From the NCBI GenBank assembly GCA_965204745.1, contig OZ242010.1:4736001-4800000 (forward strand): a stretch of 64,000 bases of DNA. The letters run 5' to 3'. This DNA comes from Candidatus Latescibacterota bacterium. GTDB lineage: Bacteria; Latescibacterota; UBA2968. Below the pieces are notes generated by a model, which was not told the origin of the DNA, searched no databases, and saw only the letters and a list, made by a program, of their open reading frames with translations. Made by a program: the position numbers and the translations under genes. Positions 19,777-28,789 of the stretch are shown here, piece by piece; position 1 is the stretch's first letter, and every line of letters begins with the position of its first letter.

Positions 19777-20733
19777 TGGGACCTACCCCCTAACCCCCGT
19801 TACTCGTTTCACTCGTTGTAGGCTACGCCTGTGCCTGCGAGAAAGGGGGAACAGTGATCGGTTTTGCGAGGGTATTGATGAGGGTTTTTAATCGCTTTAT
19901 GCCCTATCGGGACCTACCCCCCTAACCCCCCTTCCTAAAAGGAAGGGGGGAACAGTGATCGGTTTTGCGAGGGCTTGCGTGGGGGATTTTAATCGCTTTA
20001 TGCCCGCGCTCAAAGCCATCGAAATAGCCCTTGCGTTCAGCTATCAAGCAAGCCCTACTCCCCCTTTCCTCGCAGGAAAGGGGGCCGGGGGGATAGGTCC
20101 CATTGGGCAACGAGGATCGGTTTTGCGAGGGCTTGCGTGGGGGATTTTAATCGCTTTATGCCCGCGCTCAATGCCATCAGAACGGCCATTGATATAAGCC
20201 ATCAAAGGAGCTTTACTCCCCCTTTCCTCGCAGGAAAGGGGGCCGGGGGGATAGGTCCCATTGGGCAATGAGGATCGGTTTTGTGAGGGTATTGATGAGG
20301 GTTTTTAATCGCTTTACGCCCGCGCTCAATGCCATCGAAATAGCCCTTGCGTTCAGCTATCAAGCAAGCCCTACTCCCCCTTTCCTCGCAGGAAAGGGGG
20401 CCGGGGGGATAGGTCCCATTGGGCAATGAGGATCGGTTTTGCGAGGGTATTGATGAGGGTTTTTAATCGCTTTACGCCCGCGCTCAATGCCATCAAAACA
20501 GCCCTTGCGTTCAGCTATCAAGAAAGCCCTACTCCCCCTTTCCTCGCAGGAAAGGGGGCCGGGGGGATAGGTCCCATTGGGGAACAGTGATCGGTTTTGC
20601 GAGGGTATTGATGAGGGTTTTTTAATCGCTTTATGCCCGCGCTCAATGCCATCAGAACGGCCATTGATATAAGCCATCAAAGGAGCTTTACTCCCCCTTT
20701 CCTCGCAGGAAAGGGGGCCGGGGGGATAGGTCC
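19777..20733. repeat. Tandem array of ~158-bp hairpin-containing (BIME-like) units
   Basis: ACTCCCCCTTTCCTCGCAGGAAAGGGGGCCGGGGGGATAGGTCC recurs at about 20057, 20215, 20373, 20531 and 20690, with two recurring linker types. Confidence 0.9.
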
Positions 20734-23552
20734 AGCCTCCCCTGTTCTTCGGTCTTCATCCGCACGAGGATGTCCTGCCACGCTTCGACCAGATGGTTGA
20801 AGATGACCGCGTTTTGGGACTCGCCTTTGCGGTCGTAGTGTTCGTAGAGGATGCGCGCCAAGCGTTCGATAGACTCCACGCTGCCATCCATGGCGCGGGC
20901 CACTTGCGCTGCGCCTTTAAGACCTTCGCCATCGCGCTTGGGGTCCAAGTGATACGCCATGCGGAAACAGCCCTCCCACGCGGTCATCTTGGGCAGGCGG
21001 AGCGGACGGTCAGGGCCGTATTCATCGACCGGTAGCAGGCGCACTCGCCCGGCCCCGGCGGTGAGCAGATCGCGCATGGCTAGGGCGTTGATGGATACGT
21101 TCTTGGCTTGGGCGAGCACCTCGGCGTCGCCGTACTCGCCTTCGCCATAGCCATTCTGCCGAAGCCAGTCCATGCAAAACCGGCTCTCCGCGTCCAAGTT
21201 GCCCTGTTCCCGCTGGTGGTATTCGGCGATGACGCGGTTGATCTCGGTCAATGCCTCGCGCACGGGCACGGGTTCGCCATCGATGGTCTCCACGCTGCGG
21301 TACTGGGAGTAGATTTTCATGCCCGGCCCAATGGCTGCTTGCGCCAAATCCACCGGGGCGATGTGGCCCTCCCGCGTGAGGTGGTCGAGGTCCGCGGGCA
21401 AATCGCGCTCTAAGGCGTCCAAGAACTGGCGGCGCGTTGCCATGGGCGCGTCCTCATCTCGCGGCCGGCAGACCAAGACGACAGACGAGGCCAGCGCGTT
21501 GGTTCCGAGCGAAACGGAACGATTGCCCAACTCGGTTCGCATCGGCCAAGTGCCGATGATCTGAAAACCGGCATTCACCAGCGCGGACAACATCGTATCC
21601 CAACCCGTAGAAGTTTTGCCGCCGCGTTCCATCTCCTGTTGTTTGTAAGCGTAGAAAATGGACGACGGAAATTCCGGGCTACAACGCTTTCGTATCAACC
21701 GCAAGGTTTTGTTCAACAAGTCCTCAAACCGCTCGCGGGAATTTTCAAACCGAAACGGCGTGGCAATCATCTCTTCCGCTTTGGGTACCAGAATGCCGGC
21801 AAACAGATCAGGGTAGATGTCGCGCAACAATGGGCGCAACCATACATAGAAGAAGTCGGAGAGATCTGCGTAACCAATGTTGTCGTAATAAGGCGGATCC
21901 GTAACGATGACGGGACCCGCTTCGGCATAGATGGTCGTTGAGGCGTCGGCTTGGTGCGTTTTGCCTGCATTCGCATCGGAAGGGAGACGCTCGACAGCCT
22001 TTGATATCCATTCAATGTGAGCGAGCCAGTTTCCTGTTGAGTTAGAAAAGGGATTCGATTCGGCAAAATCCCAAACCATCGGGATTGCCTGACGTGCGAA
22101 AATGTTTCTTAACTTTTCACCCGGTACATTCCATGTCGCAAAACTGGAACAATAGTCCGCATTTTTGCCAACCGCCAACGCGAGATAGGTGCGAATCGCA
22201 TTGGCGTATTCCTCATCTGCCCCGTCTTTCATCACCAAATCCCCGACCTCTTTCAGCAGATCGCTAAACGCGGTCAAAGCGGTTAGTTGACGCTCGGTGA
22301 AAAGCTGATGCCAGTGCGTCAACCCGTAAGCCTGCACTCTGAAACCCAAGGCTTGCTTGGGTAGATTGCCAACAGGTCGCCATTTGGGTTTGGCTTTCTG
22401 CGCTGTGCGGATATGCAACTCAGTCGGCGACGCGAACAGCCGTTTGCGATTTCCTTCGGCGACGATGGCGGTCATCACCTCGCCCATCAGGCCCGCCCGC
22501 GCTTGCTCGCGCACAGAGTCCAATCGCACGCCTGCGTTACACGCGATACAGGTCGCGCCATTGCGGTTCACAGTGCCGCCCGTGGGGACGCCGTCGCTGT
22601 GGTCTTGCACCACAAACGAAATGTCCGCGCCCTCGACGACCGGGCGTATCCAGTGCTCATTGCCCTTTTTCTTCGACACTTGGAAGGTTCGCATCAGGGG
22701 CATTGCCGCGCCGCATGTCGGGTTTGGGCAGGGGATTGTGCGCGCCCACAGCCACGCGATCACCGTGGCCTCGCCGCCATCCATCAATCGCACCTTGGGG
22801 TAGAAATGCCCGACGCGCTCGTGTGCCCGTTCGCGCATCCACCGGCCGTAATACCGAATGTCGTCTGCAAGCCCGGCCGCGCCGCGCCATCCGCGGGTTT
22901 TTTTGGATTTACTTTTTTTGGTGGTTATGCCCATCGGGTCCGCATCCGGATTGATCGGTGGGCGGTTGTGGAATTTGGGCGGCAACTCGATCAGGGCTTT
23001 GGTGATGAGCACCGCGACCGGGTTGAGGTCCGTGCCGACTGCTTTCAGCCCTAGGCGTTGCGCCTCCAGCGGAATCGAGCCACCGCCCGAGAAAGGGTCG
23101 TAAATGGGCAATGCCCTGTCCGCCAAAATCTGAAGGGGAGAATAATTATTCTCCCCAACATCCGCCTCCGAGGTGGGCGCTGTCTCGCCGCGGGCGCGGG
23201 CAACAGATCGGGCGATCTCGTATCGCGCCTCTCGCAACAGCGCCTGCACATCGGTCTTGCGCTCGTCCGTGCTCTCCCACTTGACCAACTCGCGGATGAT
23301 CCCGTGCAACCGCTCGCGCTCGGCCCGCTGTGCCTCCTCTGTGGGAAATTCCTCCTCACACGCCGACGGGTCATCCACCATACTGGCAAAAATGACCGCC
23401 CGACACGCCGCCAATGGCCGCCGCGCCCACCACAAATGCAGGGTTGAGGGATGGCCGTGCCGGATGGATTTCTCGCGGGCCGACTCAGCGTTGATCTCCG
23501 CTAAGGGCAGATCGACCTCGATGAGTTTTTTGCGTACTTTTGATTGTTTCAA
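20688..23552 (-). CDS. DUF1156 domain adenine DNA methyltransferase
   Basis: HLWWARRPL, DPFSGGGSIPLEA, a Zn ribbon and TDPPYYDN. The last codons run into the repeat array. Confidence 0.92.
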   Translation of the reverse strand: MKQSKVRKKLIEVDLPLAEINAESAREKSIRHGHPSTLHLWWARRPLAACRAVIFASMVDDPSACEEEFPTEEAQRAERERLHGIIRELVKWESTDERKTDVQALLREARYEIARSVARARGETAPTSEADVGENNYSPLQILADRALPIYDPFSGGGSIPLEAQRLGLKAVGTDLNPVAVLITKALIELPPKFHNRPPINPDADPMGITTKKSKSKKTRGWRGAAGLADDIRYYGRWMRERAHERVGHFYPKVRLMDGGEATVIAWLWARTIPCPNPTCGAAMPLMRTFQVSKKKGNEHWIRPVVEGADISFVVQDHSDGVPTGGTVNRNGATCIACNAGVRLDSVREQARAGLMGEVMTAIVAEGNRKRLFASPTELHIRTAQKAKPKWRPVGNLPKQALGFRVQAYGLTHWHQLFTERQLTALTAFSDLLKEVGDLVMKDGADEEYANAIRTYLALAVGKNADYCSSFATWNVPGEKLRNIFARQAIPMVWDFAESNPFSNSTGNWLAHIEWISKAVERLPSDANAGKTHQADASTTIYAEAGPVIVTDPPYYDNIGYADLSDFFYVWLRPLLRDIYPDLFAGILVPKAEEMIATPFRFENSRERFEDLLNKTLRLIRKRCSPEFPSSIFYAYKQQEMERGGKTSTGWDTMLSALVNAGFQIIGTWPMRTELGNRSVSLGTNALASSVVLVCRPRDEDAPMATRRQFLDALERDLPADLDHLTREGHIAPVDLAQAAIGPGMKIYSQYRSVETIDGEPVPVREALTEINRVIAEYHQREQGNLDAESRFCMDWLRQNGYGEGEYGDAEVLAQAKNVSINALAMRDLLTAGAGRVRLLPVDEYGPDRPLRLPKMTAWEGCFRMAYHLDPKRDGEGLKGAAQVARAMDGSVESIERLARILYEHYDRKGESQNAVIFNHLVEAWQDILVRMKTEEQGRLDLSPRPPFLRGKGE

Positions 23553-23566
23553 GGGTGCTCCTTTTT

Positions 23567-23880
23567 GGGACCTATCCCCCGGCCCTCGTTATTCGCTTCG
23601 CTCATTGTAAGGCTTACGCCTGTGCCTACGAGGAAAGGGGCGACAATGCAGGCGGACACTTGGAACTTTTTCTTTTACGCCTGTGCCTACGAGGAAAGGG
23701 GAGTAACGTTCCTTTGATGGCTTAAGTTGTTCCGATGGCGTTGAGCGCGAGGGCCTGTGCGAATGGTTTTCTCGTTGTCCCCTGAGAATACCAAGTTCTC
23801 ATGGCGTTGAGCGCGGGGCCTGTGCGAATGGTATTCTCATTGTCCCCTGAGAATACCAAGTTCTCATGGCGTTGAGCGTG
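23567..23880. repeat. Hairpin-repeat remnants plus a ~66-bp tandem repeat (about 2.3 copies)
   Basis: 23567..23640 resembles 19777..19850; ATGGCGTTGAGCG occurs at 23735, 23801 and 23866. Confidence 0.75.
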
Positions 23881-23939
23881 GGGGCCTGTCCCTACGGGTG
23901 ATGGGGTGCCGCGACTGACTTTTGCCGGATTCTCTTTTT

Positions 23940-24386
23940 TAAATCGTGTTGACATTTTTTTTTTCGTTCCGCACAAATTAGCAAATGTGTTGCTTGCTCA
24001 TCTAAGGCGTTTGGTCCTATAGCCTCGTTGGTTGCCTCCGATGCCTTCGGCGACCTACTTTTTTTCAACAGCAAAAAAAAGTAGGCAAAAAATGCCGCTC
24101 TCAAACGCCGAGAGGCTTGCACAGCGCAAATCGCTTTTGTAACAGAACGATATGAGTCAGCCTGTAAAGTGGGTTGCATAATGGATGTTGGTTGCCAGAC
24201 GGACTTGCGCGCTGTGCGTGATGGCTTTAGCTGATGGGCTTTTGCGATGGCACTTGTTGGGATGCCTGCTTTGAACTGCGGAACGTCCGTGAATTTGCAG
24301 ACCGAGAGCATATCCTGCGATAGAGTTTGATTTTCTCGATAAACCGCCCATTCAGTTGCATTGCTCGTAAATGTCAACATAACCTA
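23940..24386 (-). mobile_element. IS5-like MITE, inverted copy with different internal cargo
   Basis: Both arms resemble the reverse complement of the arms of 41246..41655; TIR AAATGTCAACATAACCTA ends at 24386. Confidence 0.75.
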
Positions 24387-25043
24387 ACACCACTGCGGCG
24401 GCTTTCTGAGGACATAGCCGCTGGCCTTGGCGACCCGCTCTGGCAACTGACTGTCGCTGATTATCCTGCGGCCTATTGTGAACGATGCAGTCGCCGTTTT
24501 GCGAAGTTGTTTGGAAACGCGATTAGGCGGAAAGGCGACGACCACCCGTTTCTTTGGATACCGGTGGCGAACCGCACTTGTCGGGCGTGTCAAATCGCTA
24601 TCGCCTGAGATGATAATCGCCGTGTCGAAAACATCGTCTTGAGCATCGCCGAGCAGTTCAACCGCGATATTCACGTCGGTCATCTTCTCCTCGTAGGTCT
24701 CTTCAACCGCTCCGCACCGGAAGCAAGTTCTGCTTTTTGGCAGAAAGTGTCCGTAGTGGATATGCAAGTCCGGCAATGTTGTTAGGGCCTGCAAGTAAAT
24801 ATCTTGCCGAACCTGTTGATCCATGTCATCGTCGCGCGGCGCGATTTTTGCAGTAAAATACCTGACCATGACCAACCGTTGGCCGGGGCGCAACAACTTT
24901 TCAGATAGACGACGCAGGTCGAGCCAGTAGTAGTGCCGCCAGCCCTTGGACTTGAGGCCGTAGTAGAGATTGAACCCGTCAACGTACACCGACACCCGTT
25001 GTATCGCTGAAGCTACTGGATTCTGAAAATTTAGCCTTGACAT
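24384..25043 (-). CDS. NYN domain (PIN-fold) ribonuclease-like protein
   Basis: VYVDGFNLYYG, EEKMTDVNIA, IISGDSDL and a CxxC (CFRC). True start may be a few codons downstream. Confidence 0.9.
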   Translation of the reverse strand: MSRLNFQNPVASAIQRVSVYVDGFNLYYGLKSKGWRHYYWLDLRRLSEKLLRPGQRLVMVRYFTAKIAPRDDDMDQQVRQDIYLQALTTLPDLHIHYGHFLPKSRTCFRCGAVEETYEEKMTDVNIAVELLGDAQDDVFDTAIIISGDSDLTRPTSAVRHRYPKKRVVVAFPPNRVSKQLRKTATASFTIGRRIISDSQLPERVAKASGYVLRKPPQWC

Positions 25044-25071
25044 ACACGCCCTACCTTTGTATTATTTTGAT

Positions 25072-25137
25072 ACCCCCCCAACGATACCGTCGTTGGCCCG
25101 ACGCTCCTCAGTTCTCAATGAGGGGCGTTTCTTTTTT
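25072..25137 (+). ncRNA. Predicted ~65-nt small RNA, unit 1
   Basis: Starts 7 nt after the -10 box: AC7, stem CCAACGA/TCGTTGG, terminator ACGCTCCTCA/TGAGGGGCGT and a T-tract. Confidence 0.6.
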
Positions 25138-25275
25138 GCATCTCCAGTTTCCCCACCTACGCATTCGCTACCGGTTCCTCTCCGGATCCTACCTTTGTAT
25201 TATTTTCAGACCTGTTGTTTTTTTTATTTTCAAAAAAGGATTGACGTACACGCCCTACCTTTGTATTATTTTGAT

Positions 25276-25343
25276 ACCCCCCCATTGATAGTATCTTTGG
25301 GCCGACGCTCTTCAGTTCTCGCTGAGGGGCGTTTCTTTTTTTT
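25276..25343 (+). ncRNA. Predicted small RNA, unit 2
   Basis: Same layout; variant stem CCCA-TT-GAT/ATC-TT-TGGG. Confidence 0.55.
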
Positions 25344-25476
25344 CTGGTTTCCCCACCTACGCATTCGCTACCGGTTCCTCTCTGGATCCTACCTTTGTAT
25401 TCTTTTCAGACCTGTTGTTTTTTCTCGATTTAAAAAAAGGATTGACATACACGCCCTACCTTTATATCATCTTGAT

Positions 25477-25541
25477 ACCCCCCCAGCGCTAGTACCGCTG
25501 GCCCGACGCTCCTCAGTTCTCGATGAGGGGCGTTTCTTTTT
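25477..25541 (+). ncRNA. Predicted small RNA, unit 3
   Basis: Same layout; variant stem CCAGCG/CGCTGG (compensatory change relative to unit 1). Confidence 0.6.
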
Positions 25542-25617
25542 TGCCTCTCCCGTCTTGCCTCTCCCGTCTTGCGTCTTGTATCTTTTCTCACCTTTCGCAG
25601 TTCCCACTTGATGCGAA

Positions 25618-26391
25618 TTAAGAGGCCAATCTGATGTACCTGTCAATATCGGTGACAGATTTTTCCCGAAAGTCGTTCAGTGCCGGATACTGGGTATCGG
25701 CGTTCTTGGTCAGGTAGGCTCTTTCCTTTTTTCCCAACGCTTCAAAGTCCTCATAAACGACAAGGCTGAAGAACGGCAACTTCTCTTTTTCAAACTCCAA
25801 CAGAGCAATGGCGACATTTTTGGCCTTGTCGTTGCCCGGCACGCCGAAAACATAAAAGTCAACATGTTCGTATTTTAGAAACCAATCTACACTGATGAGA
25901 TATTCAGGGAGCGGGGAATGGTCCGCACGGGGATTAAACCGCTCGAGTTCGGTCGTGACGTATTCCTCCAAATCGTCGTAAAACGCACTGCGGATAATCT
26001 CTCTGCTCCAATAGCGCATATTGCACACTTTTTGCGCGCAACCCGCAAATTGCAATATACTCTCATAGAGTCTGTCCACAGGCGTATCGAGATAGAGATG
26101 GCCCTGATCGTTATGAACGCCGTTGTTGATGAGAATACTGTCAAAAATTCTCTGTCGGGTGTCGGTATTCACCTCGTAAGTGTAGGACAAGCGCATCAGC
26201 GTCATGCCAAAATCGCAAACGCGAACATATCCCGTGCGCTCGGTGCTATCCTGCAAATAGATGTCCACCATATCTCCATCCTCGTGGAGTATGGGCGCGA
26301 TCAACTGGTAATGCCCCGGGCGGCGCTCGTAGAAATCAAAGCCCGCCGCTATCGTGCCGCTCAATGAGGTCCTAATGCGATTGATGTCCAT
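25618..26391 (-). CDS. DUF1828-like domain protein
   Basis: PILHEDGDMVDIYL...RVCDFGMTLMRLSY pattern. Confidence 0.7.
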   Translation of the reverse strand: MDINRIRTSLSGTIAAGFDFYERRPGHYQLIAPILHEDGDMVDIYLQDSTERTGYVRVCDFGMTLMRLSYTYEVNTDTRQRIFDSILINNGVHNDQGHLYLDTPVDRLYESILQFAGCAQKVCNMRYWSREIIRSAFYDDLEEYVTTELERFNPRADHSPLPEYLISVDWFLKYEHVDFYVFGVPGNDKAKNVAIALLEFEKEKLPFFSLVVYEDFEALGKKERAYLTKNADTQYPALNDFREKSVTDIDRYIRLAS

Positions 26392-26535
26392 TTTTTTAGT
26401 TTCCCCGCCTACGCATTCGCTACCGGTTCCTCTCCGGATCCTATTCGCGCTGTGAACCTGTCTGAACAGCGACACGTTGAAAACCGATCCGCGTCTTTCG
26501 TCGTTTCGCGCTTCCGCGCTGGACCGACAATCCCT

Positions 26536-27021
26536 TTATCTCGACTTTGATGCCTTGTTGATAGCTTCAGCCAGAGGGCTACCGCATCTCAGCAAATGAA
26601 TGTTGGATCGCTGGTTTCTGAAGCGAATTTGATTGGTTGATTGTTGCAATTTGCGAAGTTCAATGCGATGCACTTTGCCGCCAAAAACAGCGATGGAAAG
26701 AAAAGAAACCTGCTCGTTTCTGGGGATGATTTTCTCGGCAAATTTCGCGCCTGCTTGAAGTTGCTCGATAACTGCTCTGGCCCCGAGACCACCCTTTTTC
26801 AATTCCATCGGCACGAGCCAAACCCGGTCTGAACCTCCGATGAAGATGTAGTCGCATCTTGTTTCGTTCTGTCCAATCGGGAGTTTATCACAATCCATTT
26901 GAATGAGGAAAAACGGTTGTGGTGCATTTTTCAAGCCAACCGAACACCCGCTCATCCCACACTTCCGCGCATGGCATGTCTTGTGAATAGTGGATTGGAT
27001 TCTGCTAACGAGATTTGCCAT
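26536..27021 (-). CDS. Hypothetical protein, possible PD-(D/E)xK nuclease fold
   Basis: Overlaps the ATPase stop; RCDYIF...VPMELK...EQLQ pattern. Confidence 0.6.
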   Translation of the reverse strand: MANLVSRIQSTIHKTCHARKCGMSGCSVGLKNAPQPFFLIQMDCDKLPIGQNETRCDYIFIGGSDRVWLVPMELKKGGLGARAVIEQLQAGAKFAEKIIPRNEQVSFLSIAVFGGKVHRIELRKLQQSTNQIRFRNQRSNIHLLRCGSPLAEAINKASKSR

Positions 27022-28633
27022 GTGCGTTTCCCTCGCCTATCCGACTGGATATTTCCGCATAGTCATTGTACGTGCTGAGGCTGACCTCATCGAAACCGGA
27101 CTGGAAACCGCCAAAATCCACGTCGAGCGGTATTTCCTTTACGACTGACCCCTTGGGCCGTTGCTTCGGCTCGAATAGCCATGCTCCCACTTCGTCTCGG
27201 CTGAGTGCAAAGTCCGCGCTTGCGACACCCCGCCTTTTTGCTTTCGGCAGTTCCGATAACAAGACCAGATTCGCCAATTCTTCTAACACCCACTCGCTGT
27301 GCGTGGTGAGCATCACGCGGACGCCAGAACGCACGACCGCCGCGAGTTGGCGGATAAACGCGACCTGCATCTCCGGGTGCAAGTGAGACTCGGGTTCCTC
27401 GATAATCAGCACATCGCCCGGTTGAACCACATGGCGCAAGTACAACACGACCGGGGCCAACTCCGATACCATTGACGACGCATTCATCAACGGCAGATCC
27501 CGCCGCCAGTTAGTCGGACGATAGACAAACGAAGGATAGTCAATTTCCGACCTCTCAACGCGGACAGTCCCCCCCAATAACGCCCGTTCCAAATCTTGAG
27601 CGAGGACATTCTCGCGTTCGGGGTTGCGTCGAGATGAAGAGGCCAAGGCAACGAGTTGTTCCAGAAAATCCCCGAGAACCCCGGAGAGCACCGGCATCGG
27701 CGTCTCGCGTCTTAGTCCTACACGAGACGCGCTCGCGATCAACCCGCGCACAGCCACTTGATGCGCGTGCATGACGCCGGCGCGGTCAGCGGGAAGGTAA
27801 TACGCCGGGCGACTCAAGGGGCCGATGATGTTAGGAACAACATCTTTGGCAAGCGTTTTAAGCAAATCACCCACAGCACGTTTAGCAAAGTCATCTTTCT
27901 TGTCCAGCCGATTAAATAGCCAATTGACGTTCCTGTTGGTCATCTCCACGGGCCCCAACTTGCGTAATCCTTCATTCATTGCCTCTACCAGCCAATCAGT
28001 GATCCAATTCTCAATAAGGTAGGTATCCTTCAAAGCCACTTGCAAGGACAAGGTATTTGGAATCGAAACATCTAATTTAGCACCTTGCTCTATCACCATA
28101 ACTTCGTGCCCATCAGAGACATTGCATCCGGCGGCCTTTGAGCTATTGCAACGCAGTGAAAATTTTGCCCTGCCATCACTCGGATGACGGATCAAATTTT
28201 TTCCCTTATCCACCCCAAAACATCTGGCGATTTCACTCTCTAAGTTTTCGCTCAAATGCATGGCATTGTTGAGAATTGAGCGTACCAACGCCGCAATGGA
28301 TTCTGGTAATTTAATTGGGTCGGGCTTTTCAGGTTCAGCGGTTTCTAAGCCCGCAATCGTTTCTTTCACCCAAGCAAAAATATTTGAAATGTCATCTTTT
28401 GACACAGTCCGATGTCGCTCGGACAAAAACCGCATGTTGGCCCTTCTGAAACTGGTATCATCGAAGTTTTCACTAAAAAACTGATGCAGTGCGTAAATCA
28501 GAATCGCCAAGTAGGATTTGCCGGTGTTGCTCGGGCCGACGAAGACCGTCAGCGGGCGCAAGTCGATTTCTGCCTTGGCGATGGGGCCGAAGTTGGAGAC
28601 CCTCAGCGCGAGGGATTTTGTGTTGGTCGCCAT
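27005..28633 (-). CDS. AAA_15/AAA_21-type ABC-like ATPase
   Basis: NFGPI, GPSNTGKS, IIEEPESHLHP and TTHS. Confidence 0.9.
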   Translation of the reverse strand: MATNTKSLALRVSNFGPIAKAEIDLRPLTVFVGPSNTGKSYLAILIYALHQFFSENFDDTSFRRANMRFLSERHRTVSKDDISNIFAWVKETIAGLETAEPEKPDPIKLPESIAALVRSILNNAMHLSENLESEIARCFGVDKGKNLIRHPSDGRAKFSLRCNSSKAAGCNVSDGHEVMVIEQGAKLDVSIPNTLSLQVALKDTYLIENWITDWLVEAMNEGLRKLGPVEMTNRNVNWLFNRLDKKDDFAKRAVGDLLKTLAKDVVPNIIGPLSRPAYYLPADRAGVMHAHQVAVRGLIASASRVGLRRETPMPVLSGVLGDFLEQLVALASSSRRNPERENVLAQDLERALLGGTVRVERSEIDYPSFVYRPTNWRRDLPLMNASSMVSELAPVVLYLRHVVQPGDVLIIEEPESHLHPEMQVAFIRQLAAVVRSGVRVMLTTHSEWVLEELANLVLLSELPKAKRRGVASADFALSRDEVGAWLFEPKQRPKGSVVKEIPLDVDFGGFQSGFDEVSLSTYNDYAEISSRIGEGNAHGKSR

Positions 28634-28789
28634 GTTGAATCCTCCTGTGTGTCGCGAGTTTGTCACGAGTTTAGTCGGTGTTTTTCAGGCGGTACACCCG
28701 CTTGTTGATCGCGGCTTTGAGAATCCTTTGAGCGTACTCAATGAAGCCAGCCGCGATCCGATTGCAGGCCCGAGCGGTGAATAGATACG

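Larger units (their letters stand above)
25037..25541 (+). repeat. Three tandem ~200-bp units, each promoter + variable hairpin + terminator
   Basis: Units start at 25037, 25241 and 25442 (TTGACA/G-17 bp-TATTAT/TATCAT). Confidence 0.9.

Noticed and set aside
19777-20733. 158-bp array as CRISPR, or its small ORFs as genes
   Set aside because: The linkers recur rather than being unique, the units are too long, and the ORFs (MPNGTYPPG…) are translations of the repeat.
25037-25541. Three-unit array as CRISPR, and ORFs 25037..25288 and 25057..25611 as proteins
   Set aside because: The variable part is only about 15 nt and self-pairing, each unit has its own promoter and terminator, and the ORFs are low-complexity repeat read-throughs.
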